Part shown: piece after piece, positions 12,441 through 26,611 of the stretch
Position numbering within the stretch: position 1 is the first letter of the stretch
Layout: every line of letters starts with the position of its first letter
Assembly: GCA_002269645.1 (NCBI GenBank)
Contig: NIVC01003295.1
Coordinates: 1-64,000, forward strand
DNA: 64,000 bases
Reading direction: 5' to 3'
From: Macrostomum lignano
Taxonomy: Eukaryota
Position numbers and translations under genes: made by a program
Notes under the pieces: model-generated
What the model was told of the DNA's origin: nothing
Database searches by the model: none
The model's input: the letters and a program-made list of their open reading frames with translations, nothing else

Positions 12441-13751
12441 GGATCAATAGAATCTATATAGGATAGGGCTGACTTTGAATCAAGGAGACGATTTACCAGG
12501 AGTCATGAATGTGATTAAACATTTTTAAACGCTTAAGAATACGGGTATGACTATTAACCAGAGATCTAGCTTATCGAGAGTGAATGACAAAAAGAATGTA
12601 AAAAGACTCTATCTTCTTATCTTCCCGTAATCTAAAAGGTGGATTTTAATAGTGCACATGCAGATAATTAAATATTAAAAATCGAAATGTCCTTAACTAT
12701 AGCAGAATCATGAAATATTTGTGTTTTTCTTTGAATTTCACTTTCGATTTCTCTGATCAAAGCGTCATTGTGCATATGTTAGTTCGGCTCTAGCGACAAA
12801 GCAATAAATGAACGCGATTCAGCGAATTTCCTACTCGTTTATTTCTAGAAAAATCTGCAAAACCCACCCATGTAGTCAAACTGCACCCCTCTTTAGTTGC
12901 TCACTTTTCCGCGATGTTATAATTACTCTAACCGTCTTCTCCCGTTGAGAACACTTCTTCAAAAACATCTATTTTGAGAGACCCCGAGCTGTAACTTACG
13001 GTAATTTTCTACCGTATTGCCAAATATGGAAATTTCGGAAAGGTCTGGAGAAGTATGCCTGGATAGGCACTATAATTTATTTACCTTGAGTTCTTCGAAC
13101 TTGATGCGAAATCACCTTGAACTTACTAAAATTTTTTGTTAAGCGAATTCGTAATCAACCTATAATTGTCGCATTTTAGTTACATGGTATAAGATTAGGG
13201 CCCGTGAAGCCTCCCTATCCAGCTCTCGGGCCTGCTAAAGGCTTGCGTCTCTTCTCAGCTCTCTTTCTCTTCCCTCTCCTCTATTAGCTCTCCTTTCCTC
13301 TCTCATCAGGCCCGCAGCAATCAATGAGCTGGATTCTTTATCTTGTCCTTGTGGTAAAAAAAGTTTGTCAATCCCTGCTGTAAAGGAAACGGAGCGCTCG
13401 CATACAAGCAGCCATTTCAACGAATTCATGGTTGTACTTTGCTGGCTCTCTACAACGAACGGCCTAATTAAATTGGCCGTCTCACGGATGTATCCACCTT
13501 TTCTAAATGTCTAGAAAGCTTGCTAATTGTAATGGAACAAGTAGAGGTATATAGTGGCTTTTGCGTCAAACAACCGTAATGAGATTGAGTCTAGACTGCT
13601 TATTGATTTCTCTATACTGGGTCAGGTACGCGACATGAGCTTTTTGTCTCGGGCACCTTACAGCCGCGATTTTGCAAATCTTGCAAAAGCTTTAAATGAC
13701 CAAATAACTATTCACCTGGACAGTTTAATTCAAACCTAAAACTTTGCTTCA

Positions 13752-15112
13752 GGGCGCCAAAATGAGTATCTGCAGCACCAGGATGAGTACCTGACAGCCA
13801 ACATGACTATTTGATGCTGTAGTCGGGCCTACGGCGTCAAAATGACTATTTGATGCTGTAGTCGGGCCTACGGCGTCAAAATGACTATTTGATGCTGTAG
13901 TCTGGCCTGCGGCGTCAAAATGACTATTTGATGCTGTAGTCGGGCCTGAGACGTCAAAATGACTATTTGATGCTGTAGTCGGGCCTGAGGCGTCAAAATG
14001 ACTATTTGATGCTGTAGTCGGGCCTGCGCCGTCAAAATGACTATTTGATGCTGTAGTCGGGCCTGAGGCGTCAAAATGACTATTTGATGCTGTAGTCTGG
14101 CCTACGGCGTCAAAATGACTATTTGATGCTGTATTCTAGCCTGCGGCGTCAAAATGACTATTTGATGCTGTAGTCGGGCCTGAGGCGTCAAAATGACTAT
14201 TTGATGCTGTAGTCGGGCCTGAGGCGTCAAAATGACTATTTGATGCTGTAGTCGGGCCTGAGGCGTCAAAATGACTATTTGATGCTGTAGTCGGGCCTGA
14301 GACGTCAAAATGACTATTTGATGCTGTAGTCGAGCCTGAGGCGTCAAAATGACTATTTGATGCTGTAGTCGAGCCTGAGACGTCAAAATGACTATTTGAT
14401 GCTGTAGTCGGGCCTGAGGCGTCAAAATGACTATTTGATGCTGTAGTCGAGCCTGAGACGTCAAAATGACTATTTGATGCTGTATATTCTGGCCTGAGGC
14501 GTCAAAATGAGTATTTAGATGCTGTAGTCGGGCCTGCGGCGTCAAAATGACTATTTGATGCTGTAGTCGGGCCTGAGGCGTCAAAATGACTATTTGATGC
14601 TGTAGTCGAGCCTGAGACGTCAAAATGACTATTTGATGCTGTATATTCTGGCCTGAGGCGTCAAAATGAGTATTTAGATGCTGTAGTCGGGCCTGCGGCG
14701 TCAAAATGACTATTTGATGCTGTAGTCGGGCCTGAGGCGTCAAAATGACTATTTGTTGCTGTAGTCGAGCCTGAGACGTCAAAATGACTATTTGATGCTG
14801 TATATTCTGGCCTGAGGCGTCAAAATGACTATTTGATGCTGTATATTCTGGCCTGAGGCGTTAAAATGACTATTTGATGCTGTAGTCGGGCCTGAGACGT
14901 CAAAATGACTATTTGATGCTGTAGTCGAGCCTGAGACGTCAAAATGACTATTTGATGCTGTAGTCGAGCCTGAGACGTCAAAATGACTATTTGATGCTGT
15001 AGTCGGGCCTGAGACGTCAAAATGACTATTTGATGCTGTATATTCTGGCCTGAGGCGTCAAAATGAGTATTTAGATGCTGTAGTCTGGCCTGCGGCGCCA
15101 AAATGAGTATTA
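13752..15112. repeat. 39-bp minisatellite (~35 copies)
   Basis: Unit GGCGTCAAAATGACTATTTGATGCTGTAGTCGGGCCTGA. Confidence 0.95.
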
Positions 15113-17285
15113 ACAACACCGATTATCAAAATATTATAGAGAATTTTCTTTTTGGATTGTTGGTTTTGTTGTTCCCTTCAATTCTCACCAAATTATAAAC
15201 TCCGAGGTGACGATCCCTGTAATCAACTGATGTATTAATTTGAATAGAGGCGCAGTCTTGTACTTAATTTCTTATTCAAAGCTGCATGCTGACAGAAAGT
15301 CGTACTCACAACCCTGCCCCATTCATGCACCGCATCCTGTCAGATCTTCTCCCTCCTATGGCAACTGTTTCTATGTGTGCGGTCGCCCACGCCCATTTCA
15401 AATTCTGCTGCGATTCTATACATCGATGAGCTGTTGAATTTGTTCCCTCAGAATGATTATAGATTGCTTCGTTAGGGCCCTGAGAAACCCAGCTCGTTTG
15501 TCTCAGGAGTCTATTAATTAAGAAGTCATTTTGCTAACTAGCTCATACCCCTGTTTTGTAGCTGAAATTTGTTGCTCATGAATCCTACAACACACAAAAC
15601 TCATTCGACATTCGCCATCCAAGTATACGAGCGCCAAATCGTACTTATCGATATATATGATATATGATGATATATGTATGTCTTTAAATGTTTAGAGTCC
15701 AGGCTTACCAGCTGTTACATGAGCTGATATATGAATTACATGCATGCAAGTGGAGAGCTATTAATTACATGTAATATATACAGATGCACAGTACATGCAA
15801 CCGCATAATTTCTTAACGAGGTGTACGAGCTGTGTACGCTCGTACGTGTATGGTGTAGCTATATTAAAATAACCAATTGTACATTCGGCAATTACTACTG
15901 GTGCAGGTGATCGATCTGAAAGCTTCAATTTAGACCGGCCTTATAAGTGATTGAATAACAACAGAGTATATATATTGATTAGTGTCATGTTGTTTAGATA
16001 AAACCAGAAGGTTATAAAGAGTGAAAAGTGAAAAAATGAATTATTGTTATAAAAATTTGCAAAATGAAAAGATGATAGTACGTAGCAGTGTGGCGGTGGC
16101 GGATCCAGCTACAAGGGAGGGGGCAAGGGGGCCCATGACGGCCCCCCTCGCTAAGGGCCGATTTTTTCTGGCATATTTTCCTTGTTTTGGCGATTTTTGC
16201 TTAATATGCCATGAAACATATTTATAGGAATTGTCTGTCTTTTTAAAACTTTTTTTCGACCGGCCTGGGAGTGGCATTGTACATGAATATATGATTCTGT
16301 CTAAAGCCTAATGAATTGATTAAACCAATGATGTAACCGCCCTTGTCGCCTGTCGGCTCCGTTGAGAGACGAACACATGACTAGAGGGGGCAATGACCGT
16401 AGGCTGCCTATGACCGGGCAATGACCTGATGGACCTCCAGCACCAGACTGTCCCGCCCACATGATTGATAGCTTTGGTAGCGCTTTGTGACCAGAGGGCC
16501 AAGGACCCACATGGACCCCACCATGGGCCCACCTGTAGCCAAGGTGCAATAGTTGGTCACTCGGTCATGGTATGACCGAGTGGCTGCCACCACTCTATGT
16601 GACCTGGCGCACCTGGATCTTACTACCAGACCTCTCGAGGCTAGAGCCCCGTTTGGGATGGTTACCAGGAGATTTAGGCTAACAGGGGAGACACATGCAG
16701 CCGAGTACAGGGACTGCTTGGGGCATGATCGGGAACTCTGGGCTCAATCTGGAGGATTTCTCAGCAGGGGATCCTATGTGGCTGTGAGCGAGGCTGACTT
16801 GCGACTTTGATTACTAAGAGTAGTATGAGGCGAACATGTACTGTCTATAGTTTAGATTGCTCAGGGCGAAGGGACGCGTCAGCATGGGGTTGCAACCTTC
16901 CTACTGCCATTCTGTGCCAAGACTCGCTAATCCCTCTACTGCACGCACACACGGCCCCGCAGCACGCACTCACAGGCGAGCTTTGCACGGGGAGAGGCCA
17001 TTAGCTTGCCCAAACTTCCCTATGCTTTGCCACCCCGGGAGAAAGGCTTAGCAAGCCATGAGTGAAATGATGGTGAAAGAGTGAATAATGATGAGGTTAG
17101 TTAATAGTTAATAATTAGGCCCTTAGGCAAATAATTAGGCAATTAGGCGGCTTCACTATTGAGTAAAAATACAGCAAACGGTACGGTATCACAACTGGCT
17201 CAGCTCTCTAATCAGACAATGGACAAATAGGCAAACTCCGGATAAGCAAAGGCAATTAGAGCACAAATCAGTAACAGGAACTTAC

Positions 17286-18140
17286 CGGCAGCTGCACAGA
17301 GAGAGAGAGAGAGAGAGAGAGACGGAGTGACCGAGGGCGGCTGTAGGCTGCAGTCAGGCGGACAGTGAAGCGGCGATGCGCTGAAGCGACGAGGCGCTGG
17401 TGTAGATCAGGCGAAGCTGATGATGCTGGGCGGTGTCAGACCGCTGGCCAATAGGCGAGCTCACTTGGGGAGCTGAAGATAACTTGGCGGTAACAGACCG
17501 CGGACCGGCAGGGATTCGTCTTATAGACGAATGGGTCAGAACTCAGTCTGACGGCAAGTCTAAAGAAAGACTAGGAGCCCGAAGGTGGGCAAAAGTTGAG
17601 GATTCTCATGCCGAAAACCGCTTCCTTATATAGCCTTCCCAGCCGCCAAGGTCGTTTCCATGACTCCCTCTCTCTGATTGGCTGCCGGCAGAATGACGTC
17701 AGAATGAGTCATGATGAGAAGCATGAGAACGGCATAGCAACATGAGAAATGGGAGAATTGCGCAATCCGGAGGTGGGGTGGGGGATTATTGGCGCAGCGG
17801 GAGGTCGAAAAAGTGTTGCGCAAGCAAACATTGAGAAACAATGGGGCTGGGGTCGAGAACAAAGGAATTGGAAATCGGGGATAATTGGGGAGAATCGAAA
17901 ACAATAGAAAAGCAAACATTGGGAAAAAGTTGATAATTAGGTGCGAAAACGAGAACAATAGAAAGAGAAAATCGGAGAAAATGTGATAATTGGTGGGGGT
18001 AAAGAGAACAAAAGAATTAAAAACGAGAACAATAGAAGCGGAGGTGGGGTGGGTGTCGCATGAGAAATTTGGGGAGGAGAACAATAGCATAAGAAAAGGT
18101 TGCGCAAGAGAGGGGGGATGAGTCATCGATGAGTCATCGA
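17286..18140 (-). promoter_or_regulatory. Pol II promoter plus non-coding first exon on the minus strand (candidate promoter of the synaptotagmin-like gene)
   Basis: TATATAA at 17632-17626, CCAAT at ~17680, CRE TGACGTCA 17694-17701, AP-1 TGAGTCA at 17705, 18119 and 18130, C/EBP TTGCGCAA at 17758, 17816 and 18100. Downstream GC-rich segment ends in donor CG|GTAAGT at 17286/17285. Confidence 0.55.
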
Positions 18141-21100
18141 AGGGAAGAAGGGGTCACACGACTTGCGTCACCGTTTGGGAGTTTGAGAAGGGATGGGGAC
18201 AGCTTGAGCGCATAAAATACTGTAAGTAGACGCAGAGAAAGGGGGGACAGCGCAGGAAAATAGTGCGAAAAGGGGCAAAAAGAGGGGAGACAGGAAAAGT
18301 ACATGAAGGATAGGGCGGAGCGCAGAGGAGATAGGGTAGAGGGGGAGGTACAAAGAGGGAGGGGGAGCTCCGGAAAGGCAAGTGTGGCGGCAGGGGAGAC
18401 GGAGCCAAGGCAGCAGGGGGGGGGTGCAGCAGAGCGGGAGTCTCCAGGCCTGGGGGGTCGAAGACCTGGCCGAGTCTCAACAGCTCTGTGCAGGGGGTGC
18501 ACGGCGATAGGAGGCACTTTCGAAAAAGTTCCCCTGCCCTATCCCACGACCAGAGCGTGGTTACATCACCAATAAAATTTATGGCATATTCATTTATGGG
18601 CCGACATGGCCGACACTCCCATGCATTTTGAAATTTCACGTTTTTTCGCCAAAAAATGCTCCCGTTCTGCAACCACTGCACCACCGATTGAGTTGAGTGA
18701 GGTGTCGATCGATAGAACACTTTAAGATCTATCGAATGAATGTACTTTCAAGTGCAAAGATTTTTAACTGAGCCGCAAATTAACTGGAAAGACGATTTTT
18801 TTCAAAATTGCTTCTGGGGGAGATCTCAAAACTTGATCGTACACTTTACGAGATACGGCTTCGACATCTGATGATCAGAGTTGTCAAACTAAATTTCCTA
18901 CAAAATGGTATAAGGCGCTTTGATTTATTTTAGTTTTGGTGGGTCTCTTTGGTAGAAAAATTACCCTCATTTTATTATTTCGCCACTTTTTCCTACGAAA
19001 CTGTCCGAGTTTGCGCTTCAAAGCAGTGCAGTTGGATGCGCAATGCAAAAATCTACAAGTGTCTAAAAGTTCTGTTTTCACGATTCTGTAGTGCTGAGAA
19101 AATCGACAAGAATCGATTTTTCAAAAAATCACGTGAGTTTCGCATTATTGCTCATTATAATTTTGAGAACATGGTGCGAATAATCCGACCTCGAATTTCT
19201 ATAGCATAGTTGCTGTACTATATTGGTTTAAATTGCCGCCGTCTGATTTCGCTGCTTTCGGGTTGAAAAATCAATCAGAAATCGATAATTAGTGATTTTT
19301 GGCTAATTGGGTGCCCGAAAAATGGATGAATAAAATTTTAAAAGAATGCTAGATCAAAGGCGAATACCGCAACGAGTTGTACTAATGTCTGGCTAAAATT
19401 GACTAAGTTGTAAAAAGTCTGCTCCAAGTGCTCATGTGTCAAAAGTGATTGGAAATCGATCAGAGTAGTGATTTTTTAATATTTTGCTTGAAATCAGGCA
19501 AAAACGCAATGGGACGGCGTTATTTTTATGACGGCTGATTTCCCACATAACGATCGGCATATTTACAGTGTGCAATTTCTGGAGATTCGGTTCATTGGGT
19601 AAAAAATTATTGATAAAAAACTTGTTTACTTGTGACACTTTTGTTACTTACGGGGCTAATTAACCGGGAAATGGTAGGAATTTTGCACTGAAACCAATGC
19701 ACACGCCGGGGGGAGCTTGTCGGGGAATACTCCCCGGGGAATTGGACCGGGGACCCTGGGGAGAAAAAAGTATTAAAAAATGTATTTGTAACTTAATTTT
19801 TGCCGTTAAAATAAGAAAATGATTCACAGAATGCTGATTGAAACTCTGTCTATGCTATTTTACCGCATAACTGCTTATTTCAATGTTTTACATGTATTTC
19901 AAACACAACACACGTTTAAATGTTTTTCACTACGAGTCTTTCAATCAAGGAAATTGCACGTAGAAACCCGTCAGGAAAAAGAAGCCTCACTGACTACTGA
20001 GTTGGTCTGCGTTGACGGCTTGACGCATTTGACGACGCAGGCGCAGCGCTGCGTCCTGCGTCAGTCACTGACGCATGGGGGGTGTCATACATATACTCCC
20101 AATTAGACAAGAACAAAATGGTGATTTATAACTGTATTTTCCGCCTCCGGAGTCTGGACTCTTTCTGACAAAGGTGCGCGCACGATTTCGTGATGCCACG
20201 TTGTCAAATACAGTTTTAAAAAACATTGTTTTTACCCTTGCGCCTTGAACATGTAGTACAAAGCTTAAATCAAAGTTTAAAAAATTCCACTTACGAATCT
20301 AAGTTATCCGCCGTTTTTACTTATCTTTTCTTTTCCTCGGGGCCCCAGGGGTCCCCAGAGAATGACAGTAAATTCCCCGGGGTCCCCGATAAGATAATTC
20401 CCTGGGGAATCGACATCCCTATTCCCTTCCTAAAAATCATTCGACGTTAGAGACATCTTACAATGACTCTCCCCCTACTTTATCTATTAGGCTAACTTTA
20501 TGTATGACACGACACAAAATATTAGGAGCATCAGCGTTAATAATGCCTTGGAAGTTTTTAAATAATCGATACAACACTAGGTATTATAAAATTCCAACCC
20601 CAAAGCTCACTGGGGCGAAAAGACATTGTCTTCATTAACTAGTGCTTTATGTAGAATATGCTATAAATTTTATTGGTTTAATCAATAATCAATCAATAGT
20701 CTAGTCTACTGCATAGTAACAGTAGCACAAACCAATCATGCATCCGTCTTCTTAGCCATGAGAGGAGCTGCATTACGAGTTAAGCTACGCTATAATTCAT
20801 ATAGATGATATTAATTATATATTTTATATATATATATTTTAAGTACTAGTAATTTATATAAACTAAATTCAGTTTAAAATCTGTTTAAAAAAAAATTTGT
20901 TGCCTATATTCTTCTATATTGTGTTTAACTTTTGTTAATACTTTTAAACTTTTCAGCTTGTTCAAAACACTTCGCGTTTAAATTTACCCACATTTTTGTA
21001 AGTTCTTATTTAAAATGACGAAACACAACACTAAGATAGTGAAAGTGCTATGTCTGTTACTAGGCTCCACTTTTGCTGTGGTTGATTAGTTTTAGCATGT

Positions 21101-21869
21101 TTGTGAGCGAATCTAGGATTTTAAATTTTAGTGATGTAACATTACGTAAATTCTACATACACTAAATGTGACAACTCAATTTTTTAAAATTTGTTTGTAC
21201 ACGTGGGTTGGGTGTGCAAGCACCAACCAGTGTACTTCTAAAGTAATTCACTTCACTGTTCTGCTTATTGTTTAGGTTTTTAAAAACGTTTTTAAATTTA
21301 TATGCTGGCTTAAATTCTTAACAGCTTTCCCAATGTCAATCTAGTTTTTTGGGCCATATGGGGTTTTTGGCCCCTTGAAAATTTCATTGGCAACTGGATT
21401 TTAGGCATCAGAGGCCAATCTAGCAATTTCACTTTCTCTGTGCCAATTACCAATTAAAAAAACTGATTTTGTAAGTGTAAAAAAAGTGCCATATAAAATT
21501 GATATGATGGATTGGAATTGTTAGTTTGTTTTTGTTTGCAGCATAGATAGATAGCAATCTTAGACTCAAGTTGAGAGAACTAATTTCTGCTTTTCAAATG
21601 TAGCCTTGGAAATAGAGGCCTATTCATTCTCAAGAATTTGGCTAGTTGCCAATGGGAAACTGAAAATAGCCATTGGCAACTAGATTTTGAGCCCCAACTC
21701 AAGGCCAAGGGCCAGCAGCTGGCAAAGTTCTAGATTTCCAACCTTAAAAAACCTAGAATTGTCAATGAAGTGTGCCTTTTTGCTCAAAACCCTTTGTTAT
21801 TTTTTGTCAAGTTAATCTCTACATATAAATATAATATGAATAAAGACTAATTATAATCTAGGCTAAGCC

Positions 21870-22427
21870 CAGAGTCAAGAAGGTGGCATAGTGTGCGCCA
21901 GAATAATTTTTTTGGGACAATTTGTGCGCCGTCTATGCGCTGTCTATGTGCCATTTGTGCATTGTCTATGCGCCGTCTGTGCGCCACTCTTCACAAGTAG
22001 AGTTTTCTAAGAAAGGCCTTTGTACAAAAAGCCTTTTTAAAATGTTACATATATTTTCATTTTAAACAAACTTAAATTATACCTACAAATAGAATAATGC
22101 AAAATTGACATTTTTAGCAATAATTTATACTAATTTTATTTACTGTTAATTTTAAAGAAGCAAAAAGTTTATCACTGACTTCTAGACTATACAAATCTCC
22201 TTTATTTTACATAAAATTGTTAATTTGCATTACAATTTTCATGCATGTCACGGACCTTATGCGCCACAATTATGCGCCACATGCGCTGGGGACCTTAGTG
22301 TGCGCCATGATTGTGCGCCAAGTGTGCCAAGGACCCCTTGTATGCGCCGCGCTTATGCGCCAATGTGTGCCAAGACCCTTTGTGTGCGCGGGAATTTTCC
22401 CCCTCAGAGGCCACCTTCCTGACTATG
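21870..22427. mobile_element. MITE-like element with ~19-bp terminal inverted repeats
   Basis: Left CAGAGTCAAGAAGGTGGC; right GCCACCTTCCTGACTATG. Subterminal TGTGCGCC motif clusters at both ends; no clear TSD. Confidence 0.5.
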
Positions 22428-24609
22428 GAGCTAGGCATTGTCATTGACATCTAGGTGGCTAAGCTTAGGGCTAAACATACACGGGCAACAGTCAGCCAAG
22501 TTAGCTAATTCGGCTGACCGATTTGGCAGCCAACCAAGGTAAGTTGTAAAAATGCACACCTAAATAAATACCCAAGTAGTACTAAGTAGATCCCTATTGG
22601 AATAAGTTTCAAAAACCTGCGGACGCGCAACACGGGTGCCAAAATTGTACCCTCAAAAGCGCGACGCGACACCAAATTTTTTTGACTGGGGGGCAGCGAC
22701 GCGCTATGCAATACCAATGTCTGTTGACTGAATGACCGGGGGGGGAGGACGCCACAGCAGCCACATTGCAATTGACAATTCCCATTTTGCTGTTCACTCC
22801 CAACATCAAAAACATAGGGCGAGGGACGAGAGTATTCCTTTTAATTTCGCGGAAAAAGAAAAGAAATTAAAAAACAATAAACAGTAAAATAACAAAGGTA
22901 CAACACTTAGAAAAACAGTGCATGCATTGTAACTAACAAGTAACATTTCAAAAAATTATATTTGAAGTATGAGTTACTTTACTGTCAAAATAAAAAAGAA
23001 CAATTCAAGAACTTGTTATTATCAAACATGTTTGAAACATTTAAATACCGAGAAACAACCGGGAACATATTACAATGAAACACAGTTTGCAAGGTTTTGG
23101 CTACAGGTCCAGGCCGCGACGCGACGCATGACGACACCAGGTTTCCAGTGTCGCGTGACGCGACACACCACTTGACACCACTGTCGCGCGACGCAACACC
23201 AGGAGAATCCGAAAATGCGACAGACAGTCGTCTACATTTTGTCAACTTATTCCAATAGGGAAGTAGATGACAAGGCATTTTGCCCTAATAAGACAGTCAT
23301 AGTTACTCCTGCCATATGCCAAAAGTTGCATTAATTTTGCTTTAGGGTTTCTTGGCATAAACCCGATTATTAGTTATCAGACAAGACCCAAAGTAGTTGG
23401 GTCAAGATGTTTACTTTTTAGGCCTTTTTATATACATGCCCAACCTCAAAATTTTACCCATCTAGTGTGACTTAGTTTTGTCTAAATTTTTGACTTAGTT
23501 TCTCCTAATTGCAACCTAATTTTCACTTTGTATATGACTTTTCTTGCTTTGTTCTCTTTTCTTCTCCTTTCTCTCTTCTCCCTCCTTTCTTTTCCTTTTC
23601 TCTTCTTCTCCTTTCTTTCTACCCCCAATCTTTCGATTTTGTGACTTATCTTGGCCAGTGGCCATTTCACCTGTCTAGTTTGGATGGGTTGGACAGGTGT
23701 TGGGCAATTATGCCTATCTATATAAAATATGTAAGCTTTTTGTAATAATTTTGTATCATCATTATCATGTATCATTTTGTAAGCTTCCTATGAATAAACT
23801 CATTTCTGTTATTATTTATTAGGCCTGACTTAACGTTTTTAGCATTTTTTAGATATAAAAAACAATATAAAGGCAAGAAGTTATTAAAGAAATTATTAAA
23901 TTCAGGCAAAATAAAAATAGAAAATGCAAAATAAACTTCTTTGTTTCAAGTCCCAAATGCTAGTTTAGGGCTAATAAACTAGAATGTTATTATTTTAATA
24001 AATGTAAATGTATTCCTATATACTAAAAATGAGTTGTCTGTGGGTAGGTAGGTAGGTAGGTATGCGATAGATTTCAGAAAAAATGGCTCAACCGATTTTC
24101 TTCAAACTTGCACCATTCGATCAGAAATTTTCCTGGGACGGTACATGCATCTTGGCTAAGAAATTGCTCAATTTTAAAGGGATTAAATATTCGAAAAACA
24201 TGCTTTTTTGCAAAGGTCAAGCCAAATTTTTGACTTGAAATGCATTGTAAGAATGCTAGAGAAAAAACTGACTGACTGAATTCCGATTGTGATAAAGATT
24301 GCATCACAACAAGTTGAAAACAGTACCGAAGAAATGCACACACGACTTGATTTAAATTGCGTAACCATATTGCTAACTTAAATTGAGACTGATACTGGCT
24401 GACTGAGAAATTGATTATGTCATAACTTTTTACTCCAATTGACTTGCTGTAAGAATTGAATTATAAGGGCCACAATTCATGTTCTCCAATTGAAAAGAGA
24501 TAGCCCTGATGCGAACAGACTGGAATGCTAATGTAGCGACCTGGGTTCGAATCATAGTAGTGCAAAAAGATTTTTTTATTAAAACACCTTAAAAACACAA
24601 CAAAACTGC

Positions 24610-26500
24610 TAAACATCAAAGAAGCGCAATGTCAAACATAGAAGAGCCAACATATCGAACATAAAAGAGTTACCATGTCAAACATAAAAGAGCTACCATG
24701 TCGAACATTAAAGAGCTACCACGTCGAACATTAAAGAGCCACCATGTCGAACATAAAAGAGCCACCATGTCAAACATAAAACAGCCACCATTTCGAACAT
24801 TAAAGAGCCACCATTTCGAACATTAAAGAGCCACCATTTTGAACATTAAAGAGCCACTATGTCAAACAATTAAGAGCCACCATGTCAAACATAAAAGAGC
24901 CAACATGTCAGACATTCAAAAGCCACCGTATCAAACATAAAAGAGTTACCATGTAGAACAAAAAAGATCCACCATGTCGAACATAAAAGAGCCACCATGT
25001 CAAACATAAAGAGCCACCATGTCAAACATTTAGGAGCCACCATGTCAAACATATATGTGACTTTATGTCAAATATTAAAGAGCCACCATGTGAAACATTA
25101 AAGAGCCACCATGTCAAACATTTAAGAGTCACCATGTCAAACCTAAAAGAGCCACCATGTCGAACATAAAAGAGCCACAATGTCAAACATTAAAGAGCCA
25201 CCATTTAAAACCTAAAGGAGCCACCATGTCGAACATTAAAGAGCCACCATGTCGAACATAAAAGAGCAGCCATATCAAACATAAAAGAGTTACCATGTCA
25301 AACATTAAAGAGCCACCATGTCAAACATAAAGCAGCCACCATTTCGAAAATTAAGGAGCCACCATTTCGAAAATTAAGGAGCCACCATGTCGAACATTAA
25401 AGAGCCACCATGTCAAACATTTAGGAGCCACCATGTCAAACATATATGTGACTTTATGTCAAATATTAAAGAGCCACCATGTGAAACATTAAAGAGCCAC
25501 CATGTCAAACATTTAAGAGTCACCATGTCAAACCTAAAAGAGCCACCATGTCGAACATAAAAGAGCCACAATGTCAAACATTAAAGAGCCACCATTTCAA
25601 ACCTAAAGGAGCCACCATGTCGAACATTAAAGAGCCACCATGTCGAACATAAAAGAGCCACCATATCAAACATAAAAGAGTTACCATGTCGAACATTAAA
25701 GAGCCACCATGTCGAACATAAAAGAGCCACCATGTCGAACATAAAACAGACACCATTAAGAACATTAAAGAGCCACCATGTCGAACATTAAAGAGCCACC
25801 ATGTCGAACATTAAAGAGCCACCATGTCAAACATAAAAGAGCCACCATTTCGAAAATTAAGGAGCCACCATTTCGAAAATTAAAGAGCCACTATGTTAAA
25901 CATTAAAGGGCCACCTTGTCAAATATTAAAGAGCCACCATGTCAAACATAAAACAGCCACCATTTCGAAAATTAAAGAGCCACCATGTCGAACAATAAAG
26001 AGCCACCATGTCAAACATAAAACAGACACCATTAAGAACATTAAAGAGCCACCATGTCGAACATTAAAGAGCCACCATGTCAAACATAAAACAGCCACCA
26101 TTTCGAAAATTAAGGAGCCACCATTTCGAAATTTAAAGAGCCACCATGTTAAACATTAAAGGGCCACCTTGTCAAATATTAAAGAGCCACCATTTCAAAC
26201 CCAAAAGAGCGACCATGTCGAACATACAAGAGCCACCATGTCGAACATAAAAGAGCAGCCATGTAGAACATAAAAGAGCCACCATGTCGAACATAAAAGA
26301 GCCACCATGTCAAACATAAAAAAGCCAGCATGTCAAACATAAAAGAGCCAACATGAAGAACATTAAAGAGCCACCATGTCGACCATTAAAAGAGCCACCA
26401 TGTCGAACATACAAGAGCCACCATGTCAAACATAAAAAAGCCACCATGTCGAACAATAAAGAGCCACCATGTCAAACATAAAAGAGCCACCATGTCAAAC
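24610..26500. repeat. 23-bp minisatellite (GAGCCACCATGTCAAACATTAAA) inside Helitron copy 1
   Basis: Direct inspection; ~80 diverged units. Confidence 0.95.
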
Positions 26501-26611
26501 ATTCAAGATATACAATTTCAAATGTAAAGGTATAAAGCGCCATGCCAATTTAAAGGAGCCACTATAAAGCTAAGGAAATTGTCGCTCTAGCTACTTTTTG
26601 TCTGGTGGATG

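Noticed and set aside
13554-13739. Short non-repetitive ORFs (also 11255-11558 and 15240-15437) as genes
   Set aside because: No recognisable motifs and no consistent splice chain.
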